Source: Tubiluchus corallicola (taxonomy: Eukaryota > Animalia > Priapulida). From it: 64,000 bases of DNA. Under the pieces are notes generated by a model, which saw nothing but the letters and a program-made list of their open reading frames with translations, searched no databases and had not been told where the DNA came from. The stretch is from assembly GCA_030141605.1 (NCBI GenBank), contig JAQGDQ010000452.1, forward strand, positions 103,580 through 167,579, in the 5' to 3' direction. A program made the translations under genes and the position numbers. Below, piece after piece: positions 52,601 to 64,000 of this stretch; position 1 is the stretch's first letter; each line of letters begins with the position of its first letter.

Positions 52601-53920
52601 CAAGTACAATCATCATCTCATACGACTCTCGCAAGTACAATCATCATCTCATACGACTTTTGCAAGTACAATCATTATCTCATACGACTTTTGCAAGTAC
52701 AATCATTATCTCATACGACTTTTGCAAGTACAATCATTATCTCATACGACTTTCGCAAGTACAATCATTATCTCATACGACTTTCGCAAGTACAATCATT
52801 ATCTCATACGACTTTTTCAAGTACAATCATGATCTCATACGACTTTTGCAAGTACAATCATTATCTCATGCGACTTTTGCAAGTACAATCATTATCTCAT
52901 GCGACTTTTGCAAGTACAGTCATTATCTCATACGACTTTTGCAAGTACAGTCATTATCTCATACGATTTTTGCAAGTGCAGTCATTATCTCATACGACTT
53001 TTGTAAGTGCAGTCATTATCTCATACGACTTTTGTAAGTACAATCATTATCTCATACGACTTTTGCGAGTACAATCATTATCTCATACGATTATTGCAAG
53101 TGCAGTCATTATCTCGTACGACTTTTGCAACTACAATCGTTATCTCATGCGATTTTTGCAAGTACAGTCATTATCTCATACGATTTTTGCATGTGCAGTC
53201 ATTATCTCATACGACTTTTGCAAGTACAATCATTATCTCATACGACTTTTGCAAGTGCAGTCATTATCTCATACGACTTTTGCAAGTACAATCATTATCT
53301 CATACGACTTTTGCAAGTGCAGTCATTATCTCATACGAGTTTTGCAAGTACAATCATTATCTCATACGACTTTTGCAAGTACAGTCATCATCTCATACGA
53401 CTTTCACAAATACAATCATTATCTCACACGATTTTTGCAAGTGCAGTCATTATCTCATACGACTTTTGCAAGTACAGTCATTATCTCATACGACTTTTGC
53501 AAGTGCAGTCATTATCTCATACGACTTTTGCAAGTACAATCATTATCTCATACGACTTTTGCAAGTACAGTCATCATCTCATACGACTTTCACAAGTACA
53601 ATCATTATCTCACACGATTTTTGCAAGTGCAGTCATTATCTCATACGACTTTTGCAAGTACAATCATTATCTCATACGACTTTTGCAAGGGCAGTCATTA
53701 TCTCATACGACTTTTGCAAGTACAATCATTATCTCATACGATTTTTGTATGTGCAGTCATTATCTCATACGACTTTTGCAAGTACAGTCATTATCTCATA
53801 CGACTTTTGCAAGTGCAGTCATTATCTCATGCGACTTTTGCAACTGCAGTCATTATCTCATACGACTTTTGCAAGTGCAGTCATTATCTCATACAACTTT
53901 TGCAAGTACAGTCATTATCT
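52601..53920. repeat. 31-bp minisatellite, about 42 copies
   Basis: Unit gcaagtacaatcattatctcatacgactttt with tacaat/tacagt/tgcagt variants. Confidence 0.98.
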
Positions 53921-54210
53921 ACCTAAGACATATATAACAAGTTAACAAGTTTAAAACCTTGGCTGTCACTGACGAATAGCTGGTTGATTGTTATCTACCT
54001 AAGACGTATATAACAAGTTAACAAGTTTAAAACCTTGGCTGTCTCTGACGAATAGCTGGTTGATTGTTATCTACCTAAGACGTATATAACAAGTTAACAA
54101 GTTTAAAACCTTGGCTGTCTCTGACGAATAGCTGGTTGATTGTTATCTACCTAAGACGTATATAACAAGTTAACAAGTTTAAAACCTTGGCTGTCTGTGA
54201 CGAATAACTG
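53915..54210. repeat. 76-bp minisatellite, about 3.9 copies
   Basis: acctaagac at 53921, 53997, 54073, 54149. Confidence 0.95.
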
Positions 54211-54447
54211 TGAAACCGAAAGTTGATATCAATAACTAATAGTTCTCGTGATAATGACAATACAATACACCGTAGTAGCTAATATACACGAAGAACACAC
54301 TTCATAGCATTAATTGCATTTAATTATCAACACATTGGCAAAATATCTCAAACATAAGGAAAAACATTAAGTTGAATACTAAAATCATCACTTAAAACTG
54401 CATGTAAAATGCAAGTGTAACAACGATTTTTTTTTTATTATTTCTAG

Positions 54448-54509
54448 CGACATCTTTGATGCGATGTTTCCAGTAATGCACTTGGGTGCTGAGACTGTAA
54501 TCAAGCAAG
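54448..54509 (+). CDS. PRKAR1: PRKAR1 exon 4 (start of CNB-A)
   Basis: Acceptor tatttctag, donor AAG|gtaaat; 62 nt, phase 2->1; DIFDAMFPVMHLGAETVIKQ(G). Confidence 0.95.
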
Positions 54510-54590
54510 GTAAATTTCAATATTAATCGTATGCTGAATTAGAATTGTTCCTCACGTTAAGCAAAGAAATATGTAAAGATATATTTGCTT

Positions 54591-55041
54591 TTGTGATGGG
54601 CCGATCAGCATTTCCGGGTAACAAACCGATCATGAACCTGTCAGCTTTGCTCTTCACCTATAATTGGCTGATCACTGATCGATCACAAGTTGGATCAATA
54701 CATAAATATTTCTGCTGGAAAATTATTTTTAAACTGTTGTCATTGGTTTTTTACACTTCAAAAGATATTACCCACATGAGTTCGTCATCATTTATTTGTA
54801 ATCATTTATCTGATTTTCAGAACTTAATTAATTTTATCAATACAATCAAGTAAAAACGAAATGTATCATTGGAACTCTGAAGCTTTGCTGGACTTCCTAA
54901 ATTATTGATTTTTATGTTAAGGTTAACCATCTTATTTCTGTGCTGTGTGATAGGCTCAATAGTTAACGGAAAACGATCAATAACGAGCCGATCAGAACTT
55001 GTTGACTATTATCGATCACTGATTGGCTCGGCCCATCACTA
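54591..55041. mobile_element. hAT-type MITE
   Basis: TIRs ttgtgatgggccga / tcggcccatcacta; 8-bp TSD atttgctt / atttgcta (7/8); subterminal cgatca repeats. Confidence 0.8.
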
Positions 55042-56596
55042 ATTTGCTATCCAATAAAACGTTCTTTTAGTGACGTACTGGTGTTAGCTACGACAAAAAT
55101 TCTGTAATTTGGTATCACTTTTCTTACCGTCGGTATAAAATCATTGATTTTGAAACTTCGGGGAAAAAACCCATGATTTTCAAATCGAGATCTCCATCCA
55201 AGAGGCGGGCATTTCTACGAAGCCATTAGCTGCACCACGTGACCGCAAACGTAACAGTAGTAAAGTATGGAACCTCTCATTCACACGTAATGTCACTACC
55301 TCATGTTGGAGTTCGTCATTTCTATAGGTCTTAGACCAAAAGAACGTTCATTTTCTTATTTTTTTATTTATTTATTAGATAATTTTGACTGCTTTGTCTG
55401 TAACTTCTGGGCAGAAACCATTTTGCTTTTATTTCGGAGTGAACAACATGGTTTTTCATGATGCAAATAATAATAATAATAATCTAATAATAATAATCTT
55501 TTTATTTATCTTGTAACACACGCACAGTTATAATACAATAATTTGGAAACAAAAATGTGAAGAAAATGCAGCGAAAGACAAATTGGTCATCTAATCAGCT
55601 GCCCTTTGGTTAGTGATGAATATTTTTATAGGCGCTATGCTACAGTGTATTAGTGTTAGTACTGCTTATAATAAAAATTTAATTGTTGCGAATGACATTA
55701 AATTGATATGCTTTATAACGTGTTAGTACAATTCATACACAGTAATAATCAGTGCATAATAAAAAAAATCAAATTGAAAATAACTGAAATAAAACTGGAC
55801 TGAAATAAGAACAGAAATAAAAATCTGACAACAGAAACATAATAACAATGGCAACTGAAATATACTTTATAACACAAGCATAATTCTTAGACATAAGCAA
55901 GCGAATGTATAATGGAGTCATAATATATCATATTAATGTAAAAAATTACAGAGCGATTTTTGATAAAGTTTTAAGAAAAGGATTTTTTAAGAAATGGATT
56001 TATGCGTTTATCCACTCTAACATGAGGTGGTGGTATTTTATCGTAATGGGAGTTGTTTACAAAATCTTTTAGATATAAAGAATGTGAACGTACAAACATT
56101 CTAAAACATGCGTAAAGACTTCCGAAAAATCTTAGCAGAAAATGTAATCAATAACACCTTTTATTCAAAATGTTAGGGTAAGCTTTTGTCGTGAATTATT
56201 AAGACTGGTATTAAAATTTTCCACGAAAAGACGTAGGTGCTCTGCGTAAGTTTGTTATCTTTGACAAGCAGCAAATATTAAACCGAGGATTAAAGTTTTT
56301 CTTTGTGTTTGCGAGCGTCTTACGTTTCGTCAATTTTGAAGATTTTGACAGCCTTCGTTTTGACGGCTCACTGCCTGTCACGCCGCGTTGTGTTGTGAAA
56401 ACGAGTTAAATATTTAAGCGTCAGCTAAACAAATATTCCAGCAAAATTTAACGCAAATTTTTCAAATTCTCCTTACCCTAATGTGATTAAAATTATGCAC
56501 AAATATTTGTGATCAACAATCAATTATTTTGAATATAACCATCTTCTCGAACAGCGTGTTCAGATTAGCAAGTTTTCTTGCGAAGTAATTTACAAA

Positions 56597-57275
56597 CATG
56601 TTCAGACTAGAGAGCAACACTCCCTTCTCTATTCACTACAAGAAGTGTCGAGAATAACTTGCTGAGGTATTCTCACTAGACACCTATTATTCAGACTAGA
56701 GAGCAACACTCCCTTCTCTATTCACTGCAAGAAGTGTCAAGAATAACTCGCTGAGGTATTCTCACTAGACACCCATGTTGAGACTAGAGAGCAACACTCC
56801 CTTCTCTATTCACTGCAAGAAGTGTCGAGAATAACTTGCTGAGGTATTCTCACTAGACACCTATTATTCAGACTAGAGAGCAACACTCCCTTCTCTATTC
56901 ACTGCAAGAAGTGTCGAGAATAACTTGCTGAGGTATTCTCACTAGACACCTATTATTCAGACTAGAGAGCAACACTCCCTTCTCTATTCACTGCAAGAAG
57001 TGTCGAGAATAACTTGCTGAGGTATTCTCACTAGACACCCATGTTCAGACAAGAGAACAACACTCCCTTCTCTATTCACTGCAAGAAGTGTCGAGAATAA
57101 CTCGCTGAGGTATTCTCACTAGACACCTCAGACCAGAGAACAACACTCCCTTCTCTATTCACTGCAAGAAGTGTCCAGAATAACTCACTGAGATATTCTC
57201 ACTAGACACCTCAGACTAGAGAGCAATACTCCCTTCTCTATTCACTGCGAGAAGTGTCGAGAGTAACTAGACACC
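56597..57275. repeat. 88-89-bp minisatellite, about 7.5 copies
   Basis: cagactagagagcaacactcccttctctattcactgcaagaagtgtcgagaataac.. recurs. Confidence 0.95.
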
Positions 57276-57992
57276 AGTAACTCACAGCAATTGTTGGAGA
57301 ATTTGCAATAATTTTGTCGACATTAAAGCAGTTCACATTTGCGAGTTTGCTTTCAGAGAGAAAACGCGTGACAGAAAACTCACTAATCTGAACGCTCCGT
57401 AATGAATAATGGGGTTAATTATTGCCTTTTTAAGCGGTTATTTTCCAGACTTTATTTTAATTCAATCTCTAATTCTTGCACCCATTTTTCACGCATACAA
57501 TGCAAACGCAAGCTCGCTACATAGTTTTAGAAATTTGTTCAATATGTCAGGGAAACGTTTGCTTTGTTTCATGTTGTGAGTTGATATAATTTGTTACCCT
57601 TTCTTCTGTATCACTAACATCGTGTGTTTTCCACTTGTAATTTGTTGATTTGTTTCATTATGTGCTTGAAAACGGAAAAATAAATTGTCTATGTCTATGA
57701 TGAGTTCCTTTACAGTAGGTTGTTGTTCTTGCGCAATCTAAATTGTTCAATATTAATGTGTTAATGCAGATAAAATTTATTGCCGCACAACTTGTAAAGC
57801 ATTATTTTGCTTGCAGTGTTCTTGCATTAAAATGGGCTTTAATTATTTTTTTCCATTTGGCAAGTGAGTATCGAACCCGCTGCCAGCGTGTTTCATTGAA
57901 ATTACGTGTAGTTCAAACAAAGTGTTAAGAAACATCTTTTCTTATGGAACAACCTGCATCACAATGAGGTGTTTTTTCTAAATCATTTTCAG

Positions 57993-58138
57993 GCGACGAA
58001 GGTGACAACTTCTATGTTATTGACCAGGGCGAGGTGGAGGTCTTCGTGAACGACGAACAGGTCACGACTATCGGAGAGGGAGGGAGCTTCGGAGAGCTAG
58101 CTCTTATTTACGGCACACCTCGGGCAGCTACCGTGAAG
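57993..58138 (+). CDS. PRKAR1: PRKAR1 exon 5 (CNB-A with phosphate-binding cassette)
   Basis: Acceptor cattttcag, donor AAG|gtattc; 146 nt, phase 1->0; [48 protein letters not shown]. Confidence 0.97.
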
Positions 58139-58288
58139 GTATTCGGCTTGTGCGATTTCTCGCCGTTTCAAACACGACTTACTAAAACTGATTTGTTAAA
58201 TACTTAAAAATTATGAACTTCACTTTGTTTTTATACAGTTTCCTCCTGTCTAGAATCCAACATTTCAGCATTTAAGAACATCGGCTAC

Positions 58289-58796
58289 TTAAAGGAAAAC
58301 TGGATGATTGTATATACATCAGTTCTGAATAAAGAATGCTCTAGAATATTGAAAACAAAAATACCTGTTTTTAAATCAAAGCTTAGATTAAATGATAATT
58401 ACCTCGGATACTCAAATTTTGTTAAATTTTCAAAGCTCAGTGAATTTACTAAATTGACAACATTCGCATGGCCGACAAATAGAAGGCGGTACCGTGATCA
58501 GCATGATCATGAACTGCAGTGTTAGTTTCTGATGTCATATGACGTAGAGCCCATTTTCATGATGTCACGCGTTTAAGCAGTAACACTTACGCAAACGTGC
58601 TTGATACACAAGGGAAGATGCCTACCATTGCACAAACTGTGGTTAGTTTCTGACGTAAGCAATAGCTGTGTTAGGTTACTTTCTAAGCTAATTATTCAAA
58701 TATAAGAAACAATTGCTAACTTTTATAGAAAATGTATACTTCGGACAGTAAATTAAAATGAGATTGAGTCTAAACAATCGTCCGGTTTTTCTTTAA
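58289..58796 (+). mobile_element. TTAA-flanked (Kolobok-like) MITE
   Basis: TIRs ttaaaggaaaactggatgattgt / acaatcgtccggtttttctttaa. Confidence 0.7.
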
Positions 58797-59742
58797 CATT
58801 GATGTTTATGGCAGCACCTGGCTCATTATGAAGATGAGGCACTAAACTGGCAAAGATGTTTCATGCAAAGTTGAAATGCATATGATATCCTTCAGGTATC
58901 AGGTAAATAGCCAGGATCAGTATGACGAATGAAACCACCTGGAGTGAGTATTGAACTCGGGTATTCATGAGCCATTCACTGACCAACCTCAATGCACAAT
59001 GTGTCCCCACATTGAATAAATTACTTCAGCGTGTGTGATATTTCTTAAGTGCTAATTAATCCACTGTGTAACTTTTCATGTGTTCAAATTCTCGTTGTGC
59101 GATTGTTTTAAAAATGGTGCTACATGAGTGAACATTGAATGAGTGAGTGAGAAACGTAGTAGGGAAAAAACAAAAAGGCAAAAATGGATCGTTTGATGGA
59201 GAAATGAATAAGCCTAAATGATTGATTGACTGAAGGTTAACATGTATCATTAATTACGAACAGTAAAATTAAATAAATTAACGAAAAACTAAGATGATAA
59301 ATGAGGAAATGAAAAAGGCAAGAATTGATGAAGATTAAGAGAGGAAAGGGAGAAAGAGAAGGTGACAGAAGGACAGATAGAGATCGAGCGAGAGAAAGGG
59401 ATCGTCAAAAATGAGTCGGAAAAGTCTCAGCAAATTTAGCAACATCTAGAAATCTTTGAAACACACTTTATTTAGACGTCACCAGTCTGTGACACGTACG
59501 GTATTTTATCGTTTTTACCTTCTTTATGATACAGTGCGTTTACTTTAGAATTTCCCCATTGTTAGTGCAGTAGTTACAACGTCTTGGAAGAAATTGCCAC
59601 TAAAAGCTTTTTTGTGAGTAAAAGCTTCGAAGATTGCCAGCTTAATAAAAGAAATTACAAGCAAAAGAACAGAATGAACAATAAATGAAATTTAGCATCA
59701 GCGTTTTGAAGTCGTAGAGACAGCCATTGTCAAGATCAGTTG

Positions 59743-60252
59743 ATGTAGCACATGAGAACATGCTCACCATGTAGGCAGTTGACATTGAATGTAGCACATG
59801 AGGACATATTCACCATGTAGGCAGTTGACATTGAATTTAGCACGTGAGAACACATTCACCATGTAGGCAGTTGACATTGAATGTAGCACGTGAGAACATA
59901 CTCACCATGTAGGCAGTTGACATTGAATATAGCACCATGAGAACACATTCAGCATGTAGGCAGTTGACATTGAATGTAGCACGTGAGAACACATTCACCA
60001 TGTAGGCAGTTGACATTGAATGTAGCACATGAGAACACATTCACCATGTAGGCAGTTGACATTGAATTTAGCACATGAGAACACATTCACCATGTAGGCA
60101 GTTGACATTGAATGTAGCACATGAGAACACATTCGCCATGTAGGCAGTTAACATTGAATGTAGCACATGAGAACACATTCGCCATGTAGGCAGTTGACAT
60201 TGAATGTAGAACATGAGAACACATTCACCATATGTAGGCAGGTGACATTGAA
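59743..60252. repeat. 46-bp minisatellite, about 11 copies
   Basis: Unit tgtagcacatgagaacacattcaccatgtaggcagttgacattgaa. Confidence 0.96.
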
Positions 60253-60458
60253 ATGCAGCGAAGTTTTATCATAGGTTGTAATATTGACAAATGTAATTTT
60301 CATTTTAAGGAAAACTTTAAAGCAGTATCAGAAAATAATGATAAAATGAAATATGATCATTTTAAAATATTTTAAGAAAAGGAATATTTACTTAAGGATG
60401 CCCGTTCTTTTGCAAGTTTAGAGTGAATCTGAAATTTGTGTAAACATAAATTGCTTCC

Positions 60459-61308
60459 TTAAAGGAAAACTCAAGTCTCGTGTGAAGTTGAGCTTATTTT
60501 AATATATGAGAAAGTTTCAGCAATAAAATTGTGATGTGGGCCCAGTGTAAGTAGTAAAATCAATTTAAAATTGCGATCTTTCCAAGCTTGGGTGAGCGTA
60601 TTTTGAATGAAAAATGGCATCAACTGTTACCATGTAATACAAACACGACATGCCAGGTGCTTGAGCAATTTTTTTGCAGGTCCAGTTAAAATTCTCAACT
60701 ATAAACAATCCAAAACGTTAAACTAACGATTATTAATAGTATTTTGCTTTTTGATGATCTCATTGCCCACTATGTAATCAAAAACAGTTACTGATGGTAA
60801 TATAATAACCCGAAGTTAACCCCGACAAAGTAATAAAATAATTATTTTAACAAGCTAAATCTGAACTCTGTAAACTAAGTAACCCACCTGTCACCTACAA
60901 AATGCTCCAAGAATTGCATGCAGATTTGAAAGTCAACAAAAGTCTGTGAATTAATCGTTTACACATTGCACAATGCTAACACATTCTAAGGTTTAATCCT
61001 ATGAATTAAAGTTATTCTGATGACTAATTTCTACATAAACACAATTAAACACAATGCTTGAATAACGGGCAACTTCTGAGTGAACTACAGAAATTTTGCA
61101 AGGCGTACCGTCACTACATCCGTGCTGTCCACCAGCTTACGTCATTTTTTCAAATATGCTCGTGGCAAGGTTCGTTTGGCGGTAGATACGAGTGATTTCA
61201 ATTTCTTTTGCATTTTTAAGCAGCACATATATATTGTGATAATTTCAATATTTTTAAGTGTATATTAAAATACAATGAATGTTGTTTGGGAATTGATTTT
61301 TCCTTTAA
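60459..61308. mobile_element. TTAA-flanked (Kolobok-like) non-autonomous transposon
   Basis: TIRs ttaaaggaaaactcaa / ttgatttttcctttaa (15/16). Confidence 0.7.
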
Positions 61309-62961
61309 CTAGTAACAACAAGAAATTTGATTGTTGTCTGTACTAGTTGCACAAATAATGTACAGAGTGGTCATATATCATTTTCAAGCACATTTTTTGA
61401 AATATTTTATTAAAATTATTATATATATATAAAATAATCTGATCTAATATACTATGGGTGTTTGTTTAATAATGCTGGAGTAAGTGCAGGCTACTTATTC
61501 ATGTTACAATCTTTTCTTCTGTTAGTTTTGTTATGCACTTATCATAGTTATTGTTGCTAGCTTAGTGCTGCTCCATTCTGTTTTTATGTCAATAAACAAA
61601 ATTTCCTAAACTGTTTTATTAAATTCCGAATCTACTAGTCGTGATAATATCCTTCGCCAGGGATGTATTAACCAATAGGCTAACTAGGCTATAGCCTAGG
61701 GCGCCAAAGTTTGTGGGCGTCACATTATAGAAAAAATTCTTTTCCTCCTCGGAAAATGTGTATACTTTCATATTCATGTAAAGGGCGCATTTTATAACAC
61801 ACCACAAGCTGTTTCTGAAGGCAGCTTTTATATAATTACTACATAACGAGCAGATGCAAGGTATTACACAACAAGCAGTTACGCAGCCTGCTTGAATATG
61901 CAAATACATGTAATTAAGTAGAAACTAGGTTATAGTGTTTCTAATACACCACAAATAATTGTTTGTTCAGCTCATTACATAACCATGAATTCACAATAGA
62001 TTTGGGCGGAACAGAACTATCAGCCCAGGGCATCGTAAAGTCTTGATATGCCCTTGTGCTTCGCTGGTGATGAGAAAATGCTGACACAAAACTTTTATTG
62101 TATTTGTACCCCTATAGTTCCAGACCTTCAAAGAACAACCAACCGTGCTAACAATCCTAGATTACTACTGTGATGTTGTTACCTTTTTTGACTTTCACAA
62201 CAGCAAAGCCATAAACCTTCGTCTTGTATTTGATCAGTTTTGTGAGATTCGTTGAATAGACAGTTCTTGACATGCCATTGACAGAACTATTAGTGTTTGT
62301 AAACAGTTCTGAATTATTAACACTAAAAGGTTTGGAAAAGTGTGCTACCTAGAAGGACGGGCATGCGTCAATTGACGCTGTCATAGTTTTCATCCCTGTG
62401 CAAAAATAAAAGCAGCAGTTATCAGCCAGATTTTGTTGAAATTCAATGATACATCTGATAATTAATTGAACACAGATAAAACTGAAGCAGTTATATGGTA
62501 GAAGTGTAATGACTCGTCTACTGGCAGATTTGGCGGTGCTTCGAGAACCTGCATTGAGCCAAGCCATCTGGTAGCCTGACTGAGAGAGAGAGCTGACAGT
62601 CAAGAAAGTTTTACATTGTGATAAAATGTTGAAATGAGTAGCCTGATTTAACATTCACGTTTACTAATGTGATGTCAGTACATTGTGATGATTTACAATG
62701 CACAATATGTATTAGCATAAATTGACACAGATAGTCCTTCTAGGTAGTGGCCTATTTTTAACAAGGTTAAAGTAACTTTTCCATCCTGAAATTCTGTGCA
62801 ATTGTTCTTAGCACTAAACTGGCAAAAATAATAAGAAATGGGAACATATCCTTGAGAAGTTCTAGAAATATGCACAAAATAGAAAAGCGCCCAGTCTTGC
62901 TAGTGTTAAACTTAATGAATTTTACTGAATTTTTGCCATTGTGAAATTTTAAGCACTTTGA

Positions 62962-63117
<156 letters not shown>

Positions 63118-63907
63118 TGAACCTAGCCTTGTACTATGATGTAATAATAAAATCTAACGTATGTCCGCGATTCCTTGTTTACCCCGCAATTTATATTTTA
63201 GATTTTTCCGGCTCAAAAGCAATTTGCAAATTTTAGCGAATAATTTTGGCAAGATTCGAATGGTTTAATAAGTAAAAAGTATGGAGAAATGTTACGCTTG
63301 CAGTTGCTGGAAGCTAGTAATTCAACATGTCATTGAAGTCAAAATCATTGTAGCTATCGCGATGGCTTGCTAGAAGAGACGGAGATACTGTAATGAAATT
63401 TGCAGCTAAAAAGGCCTGTCGCTTGTGTAAGATTTAAGCCTGTTGAAATTTCTCCAGTTTTCAAGGATAGCGTGAATAATGCATGATGCTGAAGTTCTTG
63501 CTGAAATGATGTTAGACTAGATCCATCTCAGTTGCTGCGCGTTACTTTGTCCTAAATTTTCAGTGTCAGATTCATTCGTGCAGCAATTGTGGGTGTAACT
63601 TTCAAATCGGCTTTCCTATAAACTAAGCCACATCAAAGATAAGAACTTCTCATATTTCAATCTAGACAGATTTCTGCTGTTATTTTTAGTTTGCAAGCAA
63701 GATTTTCTTTGATATAAAGCGTTGAAAGGTGCCACATAATATTCTTTTATACCATATCTTGCTATTGTGGATGGATTATATTCTCCATATTCATTAAACA
63801 TACTTGAATTCTTAAGACAAAACTTATGTGACTATTACGTTTTATTTTCTTAGATAATTTTTGATTGAAGTCTATTGTCACATTTTATTTTGTTGTTAAA
63901 CATTGTG

Positions 63908-64000
63908 TTTTCAATGTGAGTGTGTCCATCGTTAGCTTTTCAGTGTGAATGTGTCTATCACTAGCTTTTCAGTGTGAGTGTGTCCATTGCTAGCTTTTCA
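63908..64000. repeat. 29-bp tandem repeat running off the window
   Basis: ttttca at 63908, 63937, 63966, 63995. Confidence 0.85.

Noticed and set aside
52596-53945. Long ORFs (up to 411 aa) in all three plus frames
   Set aside because: Artefact of a 31-bp tandem unit with no stop triplet on the plus strand; lies in PRKAR1 intron 3; no domain-like content
53915-54230. Hammerhead ribozyme core CTGACGA in the 76-bp repeat (also CTGATGA near 42092)
   Set aside because: No GAAA box or stem II in the units; the only copy followed by CGAAA has the core mutated to GTGACGA
46909-60252. CRISPR-like appearance of the 31-, 46-, 50- and 89-bp arrays
   Set aside because: Head-to-tail units with no unique spacers, no cas genes, eukaryotic intron context

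Overview
AT-rich eukaryotic (metazoan, probably invertebrate) genomic DNA with long, repeat-laden spliceosomal introns; nearly all entries in the ORF track are spurious. Two genes sit head-to-head with ATGs about 980 bp apart. (1) Minus strand: a LENG8-like gene, seven phase-consistent GT-AG coding exons from 11369 down to 418 (278 codons), running off the left edge. (2) Plus strand: a type I cAMP-dependent protein kinase regulatory subunit (PRKAR1), six exons from 12351 to 63111 (228 codons: D/D domain, RRGAVS pseudosubstrate, cyclic-nucleotide-binding domain A), running off the right edge. The most interesting signal is a set of candidate phase-0 alternative 5' exons in PRKAR1 introns 1 and 2. 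They would replace the AKAP-docking D/D domain with a myristoylation/palmitoylation-like leader (MGLRISC), or a hydrophobic signal-anchor next to a perfect CRE, or remove the inhibitor site altogether. These exons are inferred from splice signals, frame and motifs only and need transcript evidence. The introns also contain LINE relics, tRNA/5S-derived SINE-like pieces, hAT and TTAA-type MITEs, a 279-bp duplication bracketing the pseudosubstrate exon, and many unrelated minisatellites.
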